Notes under the pieces: generated by a model
Seen by the model: only the letters and a program-made list of their open reading frames with translations
What the model was told of the DNA's origin: nothing
The model's database searches: none
In this document: piece after piece, positions 1-10,341 of the stretch
How the letters are laid out: each line of letters begins with the position of its first letter
Position numbering within the stretch: the first letter of the stretch is position 1
Assembly (NCBI GenBank): GCA_027622665.1
Contig: JAQBYT010000009.1
Coordinates: 32,001-96,000 of the forward strand
DNA length: 64,000 nucleotides
Direction of reading: 5' to 3'
DNA from: Verrucomicrobiota bacterium
GTDB taxonomy: Bacteria; Verrucomicrobiota; Verrucomicrobiia; Opitutales; Seribacteraceae
Translations under genes and position numbers: made by a program

Positions 1-126
1 AAGAATCTGGCTGTCGATGGCCACAGCATCAAAGGCGACTCCCCTCCCAAGGAAGCCACCGCTTGGTACGTCGACTTAACCGACGAGCGAAAAGTCCTCG
101 TCAGTAGTCAGGTGATGGTTAGGTGA
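1..126 (+). CDS. 3' end of a CDS entering from the left edge, hypothetical
   Basis: Frame 1 is open from base 1 (KNLAVDGHS...SSQVMVR) to TGA at 124-126 and converges on the next gene. Confidence 0.55.
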   Translation, partial: KNLAVDGHSIKGDSPPKEATAWYVDLTDERKVLVSSQVMVR

Positions 127-132
127 AGCGCC

Positions 133-471
133 CTAGTTCTGGGATTCCAGTTCGCGTAGCTTGCGGTCCGTGTAAAAAGTCCCGAGTGGGATGAAGGCCG
201 CTCCGAGCAAGTAGGCTCCATAACCTAGGCTCCATTTGTGGTGACGCATGGCTATGGCCAGCAACAGACCGTAGAGAATGAAGAGGATGCCGTGGGCCAT
301 GCCTGTGATCTTTACGTAGATCGCATTTGCATAAATGGTTTTTCCGGATTCATCGATCGCGACATCCCCAAAATAGTACTTCAACGGCATGGCTACGCCG
401 AGAAGCAGAAGGTAGGAAATACCTTCGATTATACCTATTAGCCTAAAACTGCCGATCCAAGTCTTGATCAT
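133..471 (-). CDS. DUF3817-family small integral membrane protein
   Basis: Motifs FRLIGIIEGISYLLLLGVAMPLKY, GMAHGILFILY and AAFIPLGTF; start placed at ATG 471. Confidence 0.85.
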   Translation of the reverse strand: MIKTWIGSFRLIGIIEGISYLLLLGVAMPLKYYFGDVAIDESGKTIYANAIYVKITGMAHGILFILYGLLLAIAMRHHKWSLGYGAYLLGAAFIPLGTFYTDRKLRELESQN

Positions 472-522
472 TCCTAACTCACTTAACGATAGAAACTTCA
501 AAGGGCAATAGTTTGCTTGTTT

Positions 523-1932
523 TCAGCGAGGATGTGGTAAACCGAGTTGGACGAGCGTGGAGCGAACGGTTTTGAGGTCGCCGACTACGACGAACAAGCG
601 AAATGAATAGTTTGCGGGAGGAATGCCATTTTTGTTTCTGAGACGATACACGACGTTCCATTTCACTACTTCTTCTGTGGAAAAGCGAAAGCGTCCGTAG
701 CCCGGACCCCGACAATTTGCGGAAGGACTTTCTCTTGGAATGCAGGCCATGGCGTGCGAGCCGTTCGGAGTGGAGAGCACGACGGGAAAAGGTTGCTCAC
801 CGGGACCGTCGGAGAGGGAGGCGAGCTTACCGCTTTCGGGAACGAACTTCCAAAACTTTGAGAATTCCGGAGGCATGTAGCCTGTAAGAACTTCGAACTG
901 CGCGTAGCGGTGGTTTTCGCCGTGAGGGACGGTGAAGGTTACGTCGTAGGGTAGAACGTTTGAAAAGTCACGGTGGCCGATTTGAATGTTCTTTTTTAAA
1001 ATATGCCGGGATAGCAGAGTTTTGTTTTTTGCGGGGTTTTCACCGGAGGATTGCCTCGGGGCGATCCAGAAGGCCATGCGGTTAGTGGTAGTGAGTGAGT
1101 TTCCCGAAGAGGTGAGACGAAGGAGTCGACTGGTGGCAACCGAACCTACTCCGTCGTTGCGAGAACCCGCCTCGGTGGGATTGAAGGTTTCGGGATGAAA
1201 GCTACCTCCTGCATCGAAATTTGAGGCGGATTGGAGTTGCCGACCGTGGTCATGGCTGTCGATGAATTCCTTGCCCTTCCACTTGAGCGAGTGGACGGCT
1301 CCGGCAAGACGGGAAGTGGTGGTGACGACGATTTCCGAACCGAGTGCGGGAGCTCGGATGGTTGCGTCCCCCGAAGATGGAACGAAATGGGCTTCCGAGT
1401 TTGAAGGAGAACCCAAGCCGATGCGGGAAAAGGTCAGACGTTGAACGGAGAGGTGTCCGGCAGCGGGGAAAGGGTCGAGGCGGAGGTGGGTGAGGGTGGC
1501 GTTGGTTTCCAAATGAAAAGTGAAGTCGGCGAAGTCGGCGGTTGGGTACAGTGGGACGGAGGTGGAACGGATGGAAGCGTAGCCTTGCCTATTTCCTCGC
1601 CAAAAAAGTTGAGCGGGGTTGTAGGTGTTTGCCCGACAACGGAGGGTGACGAGGAGCGGTCCGATTGTTCCCGGAGGAAGGGCGGTTTCGAGAGAAGGGT
1701 CGTTCCCCTTAGAGTGGAGGGTCACGGCTTCCGGAGCTTGATCAATTTTCAGGTCGCCACTCGATTGCCATTGCGAATTAACGATTGCAAGTTCTTGAAA
1801 TTCACGAACGAGAAGGGGTTCACCTTTTGGGATTAGCCAACGGGCCTCGCGAACAAGTGTTCCGGCGTTGAGAAAGGTTGTGACCGCAAACAGAAGTGCG
1901 GATTGGGGCAACCGGAGCTTTGGGACGTTCAC
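523..1932 (-). CDS. Secreted conserved hypothetical protein (CBM-like N-terminal domain plus beta-rich C-terminal domain)
   Basis: Long ORF; GTG 1932 overlaps the upstream stop (GTGA); hydrophobic N-terminus; motifs LRLDP and DHGRQLQSA...FNPTEAGS. Confidence 0.7.
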   Translation of the reverse strand: MNVPKLRLPQSALLFAVTTFLNAGTLVREARWLIPKGEPLLVREFQELAIVNSQWQSSGDLKIDQAPEAVTLHSKGNDPSLETALPPGTIGPLLVTLRCRANTYNPAQLFWRGNRQGYASIRSTSVPLYPTADFADFTFHLETNATLTHLRLDPFPAAGHLSVQRLTFSRIGLGSPSNSEAHFVPSSGDATIRAPALGSEIVVTTTSRLAGAVHSLKWKGKEFIDSHDHGRQLQSASNFDAGGSFHPETFNPTEAGSRNDGVGSVATSRLLRLTSSGNSLTTTNRMAFWIAPRQSSGENPAKNKTLLSRHILKKNIQIGHRDFSNVLPYDVTFTVPHGENHRYAQFEVLTGYMPPEFSKFWKFVPESGKLASLSDGPGEQPFPVVLSTPNGSHAMACIPRESPSANCRGPGYGRFRFSTEEVVKWNVVYRLRNKNGIPPANYSFRLFVVVGDLKTVRSTLVQLGLPHPR

Positions 1933-2882
1933 TTGCTTTTCGTGGCCAGCCAAGCTAGGGCGGCGGGTGCAACAAGCTCGTGACCTCCATGGAAGAGGGT
2001 GACCCGAGCTTTTGCGGAAATACGCCGGAAGAGAGGTTGCTTTTTGCCATAGCTGAGGTCTTTGCCGGAGAAGACATGGGAGCCGGGGACTTTGGCGGTT
2101 TGGACGAGTTCGTCGATGAGGGTTTTCGGAACTTGGTCTTTTTTTTCTGCGACGGCATTGAAGGCGTGGAGGCTGTGGCTAACGGGAACGCTTCCGGAGT
2201 GACCGTCTCGAATGCCGGCATTTATGTCTAGGTTTACGATGCCCTTTGCTTTGGGCAAGTAGGTGAGTGGCGACCGTTTGTGATATTGCTCATCCACTTT
2301 ATCCGATGCCTTGGGGGCTCCCCCGCAGGAGAGTTCGATTTCGCGGGCGTATTTTCTTCCCTTGGCCTTGCATTCGGCGTGCCATGCGGCGAGGTCGGCT
2401 ATGGGTACCCATGCGGATACACCTGCCCAGAGGTGGGGAGTGCGTCCGGCCATGAGGAGGCTCATATAACCACCGCCCGACGTGCCGATCAGGAGAATCC
2501 GTTTCTCGTCTACATTGGTTTGTTTCTTGGCAAAATCAACGGCGTCGAGGACATCTTGCACCGCGAGATCGGAACCCGTGGCCTTTGGGTTTCGGTTTGG
2601 GCCTCGGAAGTTCGGGTGAACGTAGGCCCAACCATTTTTCACGCAATGATTCTCCATGGACTTGTGGAGTTTCTGTCGGTAGTCGGCGCTCCAAGAATGA
2701 AGGGTGACGAGAAGTGGCGAGGGCGCATCCTTTTTTGCGGGGGCAAAGAAGATGGCAGGTTGCTCGGAACCGTCTATGGAACTGGTGATGCGCACTTCAC
2801 GGACTTGGCCATGGAGGAGTGCCGGAATGAGAAAGACTGCCGCCCAAGAGATACGGACTAGTAGATTCCGTTTTATGTTCAT
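1929..2882 (-). CDS. Secreted alpha/beta hydrolase (prolyl oligopeptidase-like)
   Basis: Signal peptide, LHSWS, nucleophile elbow GTSGGG, C-terminal GGHE. Confidence 0.85.
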   Translation of the reverse strand: MNIKRNLLVRISWAAVFLIPALLHGQVREVRITSSIDGSEQPAIFFAPAKKDAPSPLLVTLHSWSADYRQKLHKSMENHCVKNGWAYVHPNFRGPNRNPKATGSDLAVQDVLDAVDFAKKQTNVDEKRILLIGTSGGGYMSLLMAGRTPHLWAGVSAWVPIADLAAWHAECKAKGRKYAREIELSCGGAPKASDKVDEQYHKRSPLTYLPKAKGIVNLDINAGIRDGHSGSVPVSHSLHAFNAVAEKKDQVPKTLIDELVQTAKVPGSHVFSGKDLSYGKKQPLFRRISAKARVTLFHGGHELVAPAALAWLATKSK

Positions 2883-5179
2883 TTCGTTTTTGTCTGGGCG
2901 AGTATGCCGCGGTATGTTTGTCGAGCATGCTCATAGGCGTTGATAGCGTCCTTCATTTCCTTCTGGGCAATTAGCTTCTGCTTTTGAGACCAGCATTGGT
3001 CAACGCTCTTGAGGCACCATTCGGCGCTTCGCCGGGAAGCTCGGATCGGCTTGTCGTCGACAAGGACGAATACGGGATTCGTGTGAGAGCTGGGAAATAT
3101 GCGCAAAGCGAACCACGAACTGTTTTCCACCATCGTCTCAAAGGAGAGATCCTGCATGGAGCCATCTGCCTTGATGATCTTGGATGCGACGGGATAACCA
3201 TTGCGAATCAACTCCACTTTCACTTGCCGCGAGTCGAGCCCGAGTCGAGCGCGTTCGATGTGCCAGTAGGGCTTTTGGCTTAAAGGCCTGTTGATCAGCG
3301 AGGCGTCTCCCTTTTCATTAAGTCGGGCACAGACTTTTGCCGTTACCTTAACTTTGCGAGGGGCTTTTAGGTTCAATTCGCTTTCTCCTTTGCCCATGAA
3401 TACGTCATCGATCTTGAAGTCCATGAGGTGGCTTTTCCCGTCCGATACGTAGGCGGACCCCTTGACTATTCCCTCGCACCAGCGATCGTAGTCGAGCTTG
3501 CCGTCCAGCTTGACGTATGATCGACCAAGACCGACCCGCTCACCGTAAATGCAGGGGAAGTCAGTTTCGCCACTGATTCGCGTGCGAAACCCGCAATTCA
3601 GAACATGATACCAGATGTTAAGTTCCCAGATGGAGGGGGTATCGACCATGGAGAGGAAATCAACGGCGGGTACTGTGGTGCCATTCGGACCTTCTACTTG
3701 ATGGGTGACGTCCACGATGAACTCGTTGGCCCCGATTCCGTTGAAAGGGGGTACTTCGTAAGTGGGCAACTTGTCTCCCGCGACCTGCAAACCCCAACCC
3801 GAGTGAGCAGGTCCGCAGACAGCACCCTGCTTTTGAGCCCACTTCAGAGTGTTCAAGCAAAGGGTAGGCCAATGGTTTTTTGAATCCCCGCCGGGGTAGA
3901 TCTGATCCTTCAAGCGCAGCAGGCAAAGGTGACCCGAGCGGTGCGAGCCGAAGCCCGAAACTTCCACGTCGTAGCGAAGCAGGTAGGGGTATTTGGAGAC
4001 CTTGTCGATGGCTCCGGTGAAAAATTGCTTTTGGTAATCGAAGCAAGGACCCCAAGTTAGGTTCGCTCCGATCTTCAGGTCTTCGCCGAGACAGTGTCGC
4101 AGCATGTCGGACGCGTGCACGCCTTCAGTTGGGTTCAGGTAGTGAGCGCATCCGGCTGCATGGATGTGATGATCACCCGACCACCATCCTGAAAGCGAAG
4201 GATCCACCCATCTTTTGAGGTGAAAGGTTTCGGTTTGTGCTTCGCGCCCGACGATTATCGTGCGTTTTTGTCTTAGGGATTCGGGCCCGCGGGCTACCTC
4301 GAAATCGTATTCGCCGGGAGGAAGCACGAGATCTTCCCCGTCATAGCGATACACCTGAGGATGGAAATGAAAGTCGGGGGCAAGCCGTTTGGCTTGCGAG
4401 GGATATACGCGTCCGAGTTTGTCCCGCACCAGAAACTCGGCAACCGTCGGTTTTCCGTTTTCATCAATTACCTTAAGTGAAACCGAGGTGGAAGCCAAGC
4501 AGTCGAAGGTGACTGTGGTTTCGTTGCGAAAACCCAAATCCTGGGTGCCTTGTCCCACGTCGAAGGCGATGGTGGCGGAACGCTTCCCGGCATCGCGGGA
4601 ATAGAGCTGGATGATGCGGTATTCAAGAGCAAGTCCTGAAAGGGTTGGAGCGAGCGGGCGTCCGTCGAAGGTTTGCATGCCAAGCCAGCGATCCCTCGGC
4701 AAATTAGGGGAACCGCTTTTCGGGCGGTTGCGATTTTTTCCCCAACCACCGAAACTGGTGGGCAACGCATTTGAGCTGGAGGCTTTCAAAGGAGCCGTCA
4801 CTCCAGCCTTGTTGATTACTTTGACTAGGAAATTTCGCCAACCGTGTTCCGCCAATTCAGGTTTTGCCGGACCGCTTGCCACCTTCACTCGGGATTCGGG
4901 GCTAATAGTCACGACAGTGATGCAGAGAGGGTCCAGCGCTTCCTGAACGAGGCGGATGACGTGATCGGGTACACTTTGAATCATGGCGGAATTCAATTTT
5001 TTGAGGGTATTGGCAGGTAGTGGTTCGCCAAGGTAGTCGAGAGCTTCCTTCAATCGCTGGACCTGTAGAATGAGCGGTTGGGCGTCGACTTCTCGAACCT
5101 GCGGCAGGTCAGCCCGAAGATTGACCGAGGGGAAAGTGGCGAATAGAAGGGCGAATGCGAGAAGGGGGACTGGCTTCAT
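2879..5179 (-). CDS. CehA/McbA-family metallohydrolase
   Basis: Signal peptide; GWWSGDHHIHAAGC, AHSGWG and GETDFPC PHP-like motifs. Confidence 0.8.
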   Translation of the reverse strand: MKPVPLLAFALLFATFPSVNLRADLPQVREVDAQPLILQVQRLKEALDYLGEPLPANTLKKLNSAMIQSVPDHVIRLVQEALDPLCITVVTISPESRVKVASGPAKPELAEHGWRNFLVKVINKAGVTAPLKASSSNALPTSFGGWGKNRNRPKSGSPNLPRDRWLGMQTFDGRPLAPTLSGLALEYRIIQLYSRDAGKRSATIAFDVGQGTQDLGFRNETTVTFDCLASTSVSLKVIDENGKPTVAEFLVRDKLGRVYPSQAKRLAPDFHFHPQVYRYDGEDLVLPPGEYDFEVARGPESLRQKRTIIVGREAQTETFHLKRWVDPSLSGWWSGDHHIHAAGCAHYLNPTEGVHASDMLRHCLGEDLKIGANLTWGPCFDYQKQFFTGAIDKVSKYPYLLRYDVEVSGFGSHRSGHLCLLRLKDQIYPGGDSKNHWPTLCLNTLKWAQKQGAVCGPAHSGWGLQVAGDKLPTYEVPPFNGIGANEFIVDVTHQVEGPNGTTVPAVDFLSMVDTPSIWELNIWYHVLNCGFRTRISGETDFPCIYGERVGLGRSYVKLDGKLDYDRWCEGIVKGSAYVSDGKSHLMDFKIDDVFMGKGESELNLKAPRKVKVTAKVCARLNEKGDASLINRPLSQKPYWHIERARLGLDSRQVKVELIRNGYPVASKIIKADGSMQDLSFETMVENSSWFALRIFPSSHTNPVFVLVDDKPIRASRRSAEWCLKSVDQCWSQKQKLIAQKEMKDAINAYEHARQTYRGILAQTKTK

Positions 5180-5238
5180 GGCGTAGTTGGGTCGGAGGTT
5201 CTAAGGGTTGCGGCCGTCACCGCGTTTGCCTTTACCCT

Positions 5239-6993
5239 TTATGGCTCTCGTGACACCGCAATGTTTTTTTCGCGTTCGTCCCAGTTTCTCCGCCTGAAAA
5301 ATTGCCCTAGGCTGAGCCATGTCGCGAGAGCGCAAGCGACGAATGTGCCAACCAGAGCACCTTGGCGGAGGGCACCTTCGTGCTTGCCGAGACTCATGTC
5401 GTGCGGACGTCCTGCGATTTCAAAGAAAGCAAAAGGCGGCGAAAGGGAACCGAGGTGAAAGACAACGTCGAACAATTCCTCCTCCCAGCCAACGGCCAAG
5501 ACCATGCATGCGAGCAAGGGTGTAATCCATAGGAGTCCGAGAAAGCCCCAGAAGCCAACGGCAAACCATTTTTCGCGGGCAGCCCGAACATAGGTGAGGC
5601 AAGCGGCGAAGAGCACGCAGGGCAGGATATAGGCTCCCGTTCCGGGAAACTCCTCAAAATAAAGCCCCGAATCAACTGCCCGTGTCAATAAAGCGAAATG
5701 GGTAAACGGCATGATTAGAGCAAGGCAAAGCACGACCAACCATCCCGGCTTTTCATCGGCCCAAAGTGGAATGTCTGGAAGTCCGAGTTTGGCCGAGCGG
5801 CGTTTGCCCTTTAGGTATTGGTGGCGAGTGGGACAGGTGACGTTTAAGATCAGTACGGCCGTTCCCAGAGAAAGGGTGAAAAGGATGGTTTGGACTGAAA
5901 CCACGACCATGCCTGTTCGGCGAACGGTAGCCCTGACTATGCCGCTTTCCGTTTCTTGAATCAATTTTTCATCGAATTTGTCTCCCGAGATGGCTGTTCC
6001 AAGCAGTCCCGAAGCGTTGCCGTCACCATAAAGTTGCCAGAGGCTTCCGAGTAACAAGAACTGCAACAGCAAGAAAAGGCCGATGCCCGAGGGTTTGGAA
6101 AAAGCGGTAAGGGCTTCGTTCCGCCATTTTCTGTGGGCGGTGGCGAAGAGTCCCGCAAGGAGCAATCCTTGCATGAGAACGGTAAAGAACGCGGGCGAAA
6201 GAGAGGTCTCGAAAAACGGCACTTCGGTCCAGAAGGTCGCCATTTCCTGATGCCACACATTCAGGTTTTGTTGTCCAACCAATAGCAGTTGCTCGCTCAT
6301 CAATCCAAAGTAGGTCGGAAGAAGGGTGAGGAAGGAAAGAAAGGAGAAGCCTGCCTGGCCAAGGCCGGGCAAGAAGACGTAGAGTCCCAGCACTACCATG
6401 CGCGAAACCCATGAAGCTGCCCGAGGTTTGCTTACGATGAGTCCGGTGACGTGAGCTGTGAGGTGATAGAGCAGAACGCAGGAAAGAAAGACTCCATACA
6501 GGTGAAAGACCTTTCCCGGAGCTAGTTCTCCCACGACGATGGCGTGGACAAGGAAAGGCAAGGTAAGGGCGAACATGAAATATTCGCGTGCGGGAAGGCC
6601 GAACAGGTAGCCGATGATTTTCGAGAGAGGTCGCATGGGGGTCATGCGTTGGTAATCAAGCAATCCGGTTTCACGTTCCTCGGCGGTACCTCCGGCCATT
6701 CGTCCGGTTCCAAGAAACATAAGGATAAATCCCTGTACGCCAAGCAACCAGGGAAAAGCTTTTCTGGCTCCGTTTACGGGAGAGGCTTCCCCACTTTCCC
6801 AGTTTTCCGATTCTTCATCATAAATCCATTGGCCGTCGGAACCTTCGAGATAAGCAGTGAGATAAGTGAAGCTCGTCAGGATGAGCGTTAGCAATCCCCA
6901 TGCGATGAGCTGTTTCAAGCGCAACCGTTCCCGAATGCCCTTGCGGATGAGGGGATTGAGTCCGGCGAAACCTCCTGAGCTATTTTTCGTCAT
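5239..6993 (-). CDS. ABC-2-type exporter permease-like multi-pass membrane protein
   Basis: About 12 hydrophobic segments; EERETGLLDYQRMTPM motif; overlaps the ABC ATPase stop. Confidence 0.75.
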   Translation of the reverse strand: MTKNSSGGFAGLNPLIRKGIRERLRLKQLIAWGLLTLILTSFTYLTAYLEGSDGQWIYDEESENWESGEASPVNGARKAFPWLLGVQGFILMFLGTGRMAGGTAEERETGLLDYQRMTPMRPLSKIIGYLFGLPAREYFMFALTLPFLVHAIVVGELAPGKVFHLYGVFLSCVLLYHLTAHVTGLIVSKPRAASWVSRMVVLGLYVFLPGLGQAGFSFLSFLTLLPTYFGLMSEQLLLVGQQNLNVWHQEMATFWTEVPFFETSLSPAFFTVLMQGLLLAGLFATAHRKWRNEALTAFSKPSGIGLFLLLQFLLLGSLWQLYGDGNASGLLGTAISGDKFDEKLIQETESGIVRATVRRTGMVVVSVQTILFTLSLGTAVLILNVTCPTRHQYLKGKRRSAKLGLPDIPLWADEKPGWLVVLCLALIMPFTHFALLTRAVDSGLYFEEFPGTGAYILPCVLFAACLTYVRAAREKWFAVGFWGFLGLLWITPLLACMVLAVGWEEELFDVVFHLGSLSPPFAFFEIAGRPHDMSLGKHEGALRQGALVGTFVACALATWLSLGQFFRRRNWDEREKNIAVSREP

Positions 6994-7925
6994 GATTGCT
7001 CTCCCGACTCGACCGCGAGAAATAGACTTTCTACATCGGCCTTTCTTTCGTGAAAGGATTTCACGGGTGCCCCGAGTTCGACGAGGGCTCGCAGAAGGTT
7101 GGCGACTTCCTCGTTGTCGCCGTCGAAAGTGAACTCGATGAGTGTGGCGCTTTCATCCACTTCTCCTGAGAAATGGGCGCGTGGATGAGCAATCAGAAAA
7201 CCATGAGTCTCGGGAAAAGGATGGAGCAATTCCATCAAGATCGTCTTTGTGAGAGTTGCTCGTTCAACGACCTCTTTCAAGTTCCCGTTAATCACCATCT
7301 TGCCTTCCCGCATGATGCCGATCGAGTCGCACAGGCCCTGCAGTTCGGTCAGTACGTGAGAGGAGATCAATATGGTCTTCCCATCCTTCGCTAGACGTTT
7401 GAGGAGATTCCTGAGATCAATGCGGGCCTTCGGGTCAAGATTGGCGGCGGGTTCGTCTAGCAGGAGTACGGGTGGATCGTGAACCAAAGTCTTGGCCAGC
7501 AAGGCCCGTTGCTTCATTCCTCGAGAGAGGGTCTTGCACAGGACCTTTCTTTTGTCTTCCAGATTAGTTGCGGCAAGACAACGATCGACTTCCGCTTTTC
7601 GTTTTTCCAAAGTCGCACCGTAGGCGGATGCAAACAATTCGACGAATTCATCGACTCTAAGATCGTCGTATACGGGAGGGAAATCCGGCATGTAGCCAAG
7701 CATGCCTCGGACGTTTTCGGGTTCGTGCAGGGCCGAAATGCCATCGATGAGGATTTCGCCATAGGTCGGTTCCAGCAGAGTGGCGATGGCTTTGATGGTG
7801 GTCGTCTTTCCCGCGCCGTTTGGCCCGATGAGCCCGTACACTTCACCCTTCTTCACTTCGAAGGAAAGCCCGTCGACGGCGACATTGTCGCCATAATACA
7901 CCTTAAGGTCCCGAACCTCAATCAT
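6990..7925 (-). CDS. ABC transporter ATP-binding protein
   Basis: Walker A GPNGAGKTT, signature LSRGMKQR, Walker B LLLDEP, H-loop SSH. Confidence 0.95.
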   Translation of the reverse strand: MIEVRDLKVYYGDNVAVDGLSFEVKKGEVYGLIGPNGAGKTTTIKAIATLLEPTYGEILIDGISALHEPENVRGMLGYMPDFPPVYDDLRVDEFVELFASAYGATLEKRKAEVDRCLAATNLEDKRKVLCKTLSRGMKQRALLAKTLVHDPPVLLLDEPAANLDPKARIDLRNLLKRLAKDGKTILISSHVLTELQGLCDSIGIMREGKMVINGNLKEVVERATLTKTILMELLHPFPETHGFLIAHPRAHFSGEVDESATLIEFTFDGDNEEVANLLRALVELGAPVKSFHERKADVESLFLAVESGEQS

Positions 7926-7931
7926 TGCAGT

Positions 7932-8891
7932 TTAAAGCTTGAAGAGCTTTTTCGAGTTTCCGTGAAGGATTTTACGTTCGACTTTCTTGTCTTGGGCGAG
8001 GCGCCGAATAGTGGCGAGGATGAGCGAACCTTTGCAACCCACACCTCGACCGGCGGCATCCGGACAGTCGCTTCCGTAAAGGAGTTGATTGGGATGACGA
8101 GCAATGAAATCCTTGGCATGTTCCTCGTCGCGAAGCATAGAGTTTAGACCCGATCCCGCTGAAAAGTCTCCATACATATTCGGGTAGTTGGAGAGAAGTT
8201 TGTCGCTGATTCCGCCCGAATTCACCTTTGTCTTTGGGTACAGAATCGCCTGCTTGTGATTCTTGTCTATGTTGCCCCACCAAGTCTGGGCGTGCCCGAT
8301 GAAGTTTACCTCGGGGAACTTTTCCAGAGTACGATGGAATCTCTCAATGCCCAAGTTGTAGGCATTGTGCTGAAAATGCATCAGCACGGGAACTCCATAT
8401 TCACGGGCGACTTCAGCCACACTCCAGATGTGAGGTGAGTCGCAAGCCACATTGAATTTCTGCTCGCCGATTATAACGGCTCCCGCCTTTAGGTATTTCT
8501 CAAGTTCCTTGCGGGCGTTTGGAAGGTCGGGTACCTCGTTCACCCCGAATCGGAAATCCTCCGGGTGCTTTTTAGCCAAAGCCATGACTGTTTCGTTACC
8601 GCCTGTCTTGGCTGCAAGACCATTGGATTTGCCTTCGTGCGTGGAAGGTCGATTCACGGTGCTGCCTGCCGGAAGCAATAGAGTAGTCGTTACGCCCATC
8701 GCTCGCTGGTGAGCGACTAGTCTTTTGTCGGACCGAAAGAGATAGTTCGTGTGCTGATGAACGTCGATGACGGGTTCATCGATGGTAGTTCCCTTCTCTT
8801 TTCCCGGAGTTTGCGCTTGCATTGCAACCGCAATGGCAGGGGATGCGGAAGCGAGGAATCCCCTGCGCGAAATGAGGCGTCTTTTGTTCAT
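7932..8891 (-). CDS. Tat-exported amidohydrolase_2 family protein
   Basis: SRRGFL Tat motif, IDVHQH, LMHF, IGHA, YGSDCP; start placed at ATG 8891. Confidence 0.85.
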   Translation of the reverse strand: MNKRRLISRRGFLASASPAIAVAMQAQTPGKEKGTTIDEPVIDVHQHTNYLFRSDKRLVAHQRAMGVTTTLLLPAGSTVNRPSTHEGKSNGLAAKTGGNETVMALAKKHPEDFRFGVNEVPDLPNARKELEKYLKAGAVIIGEQKFNVACDSPHIWSVAEVAREYGVPVLMHFQHNAYNLGIERFHRTLEKFPEVNFIGHAQTWWGNIDKNHKQAILYPKTKVNSGGISDKLLSNYPNMYGDFSAGSGLNSMLRDEEHAKDFIARHPNQLLYGSDCPDAAGRGVGCKGSLILATIRRLAQDKKVERKILHGNSKKLFKL

Positions 8892-8976
8892 TTCCGCAAG
8901 TCGATCACTTCCTTTTATTGAAGGCAACTCGCAATCTGGCTTGGCTTGTTCTCTAACTTGTTCATCCTTTTTCACA

Positions 8977-10341
8977 GTGAAGCTCCTTCCTCCACTTTTC
9001 GCCGTCACTGTTTTCGCCTATGCCTCGATCCTCGTATCCGCGGAATTCAAGATAGCCACTTTCTCCGCTGACGTCACTGTACCAATTGGCCACGGTATGA
9101 TGGGCGGACTTTGGAAGTCCAAGAGCGTTGCCGACCCCCTATTCGCAAAGGGTGTCGTCTTGATCGGGGGAGAAAAGCCCGTGGTCTTCGTCAGCGTCGA
9201 TTGGTGCGAAATCCGCAACGCTTCCTTTGATCGTTGGCGGGAAGAACTTGCTCTGGCTGCCAGCACTAGTCGCGAGCGTGTTCTTGTCAGCGCCATACAC
9301 CAGCACGAGGCTCCCGTCACCGATCTCGATGCTCAGCAAATCCTGAATCGTCGCAACTTGGCCGGTAGCATATGTGATCTCGCCTTCCACGAGAAAGCCG
9401 TTCGTCGCGTTGCTTCCTCCCTTCGAATTGCCATGGATAAAAAGCAGCGAATCACCCACCTTGGCCTTGGCCAAGCCAAGGTCGAAAAGATCGCTTCCAA
9501 TAGGCGTTACGTTTTACCTGACGGAAAAATTTCCTTTGGTCGCGGGAGTTCAAGTGGTCGCAACGTTCTCGCCGCAAGGGCACCCGAGGGAACCATTGAC
9601 CCTTGGCTCAAGACGATTTCCTTTTGGAACGAAGATCGACCCATTGCTGCGCTCAGCGGTTACGCCACCCATCCTATGAGCTTTTACCGCACGGGTGAGG
9701 TGAGTGCAGACTTTCCGGGGATTGCTCGGAACCGCAGGCAAAAGGAAACGCCTGACTGTCTGCAAATTTACTTTAGCGGCGCCGCCGGAAACATCACTGC
9801 CGGCAAGTATAATTCCGGAGAGCGCAAGAACCGAGCCGTGCTCGCGAACCGTCTGCATGCCGCGATGGCTCTTGCTTGGAAGAATACGCGACGGCAAGCC
9901 CTAGAGCAGATTGAATTCCGGAACGCCGAGCTTTTTTTAAAGCCGCGTGACCATCCGGGTTTTACTGAAGCTGATTTTGAGAGAAAACTCGTAAAGGGAG
10001 TTAACCACTGGCACCAGTGCCTAGCGGCAATGGGTCTTAGTTGGCGTAGGCGTTGCGAACTTGGCCAACCTGTCGACGTGCCTGTAATCGATTTTGGTCC
10101 TGCCCAGCTTTTGTTGCTTCCGGGGGAAAGTTACGTCGAGTATCAGCTCGCCGCCCAGAAAATGCGGCCCGACTCGTTCGTCTTGGTGGCAGGTTATGGC
10201 GATGGGGGGACCGGTTACGTTCCCACCGAGAAGCATTGGGAAGAAAAGGACGGAAACCTTGGGGACTGGTGTTGGGTTCATCCCGGGGCAGAGAAACCTT
10301 TGCTAGAGGCTATCGAAAAAGTCTTAGTGAAAACGCCATGA
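8977..10341 (+). CDS. Secreted neutral/alkaline ceramidase-like hypothetical hydrolase
   Basis: DVTVP, DPLFAKG, HQHEAP, YATHP, SADFPG, GAAGN and LPGE motifs; GTG 8977 begins a signal peptide. Confidence 0.7.
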   Translation: MKLLPPLFAVTVFAYASILVSAEFKIATFSADVTVPIGHGMMGGLWKSKSVADPLFAKGVVLIGGEKPVVFVSVDWCEIRNASFDRWREELALAASTSRERVLVSAIHQHEAPVTDLDAQQILNRRNLAGSICDLAFHEKAVRRVASSLRIAMDKKQRITHLGLGQAKVEKIASNRRYVLPDGKISFGRGSSSGRNVLAARAPEGTIDPWLKTISFWNEDRPIAALSGYATHPMSFYRTGEVSADFPGIARNRRQKETPDCLQIYFSGAAGNITAGKYNSGERKNRAVLANRLHAAMALAWKNTRRQALEQIEFRNAELFLKPRDHPGFTEADFERKLVKGVNHWHQCLAAMGLSWRRRCELGQPVDVPVIDFGPAQLLLLPGESYVEYQLAAQKMRPDSFVLVAGYGDGGTGYVPTEKHWEEKDGNLGDWCWVHPGAEKPLLEAIEKVLVKTP

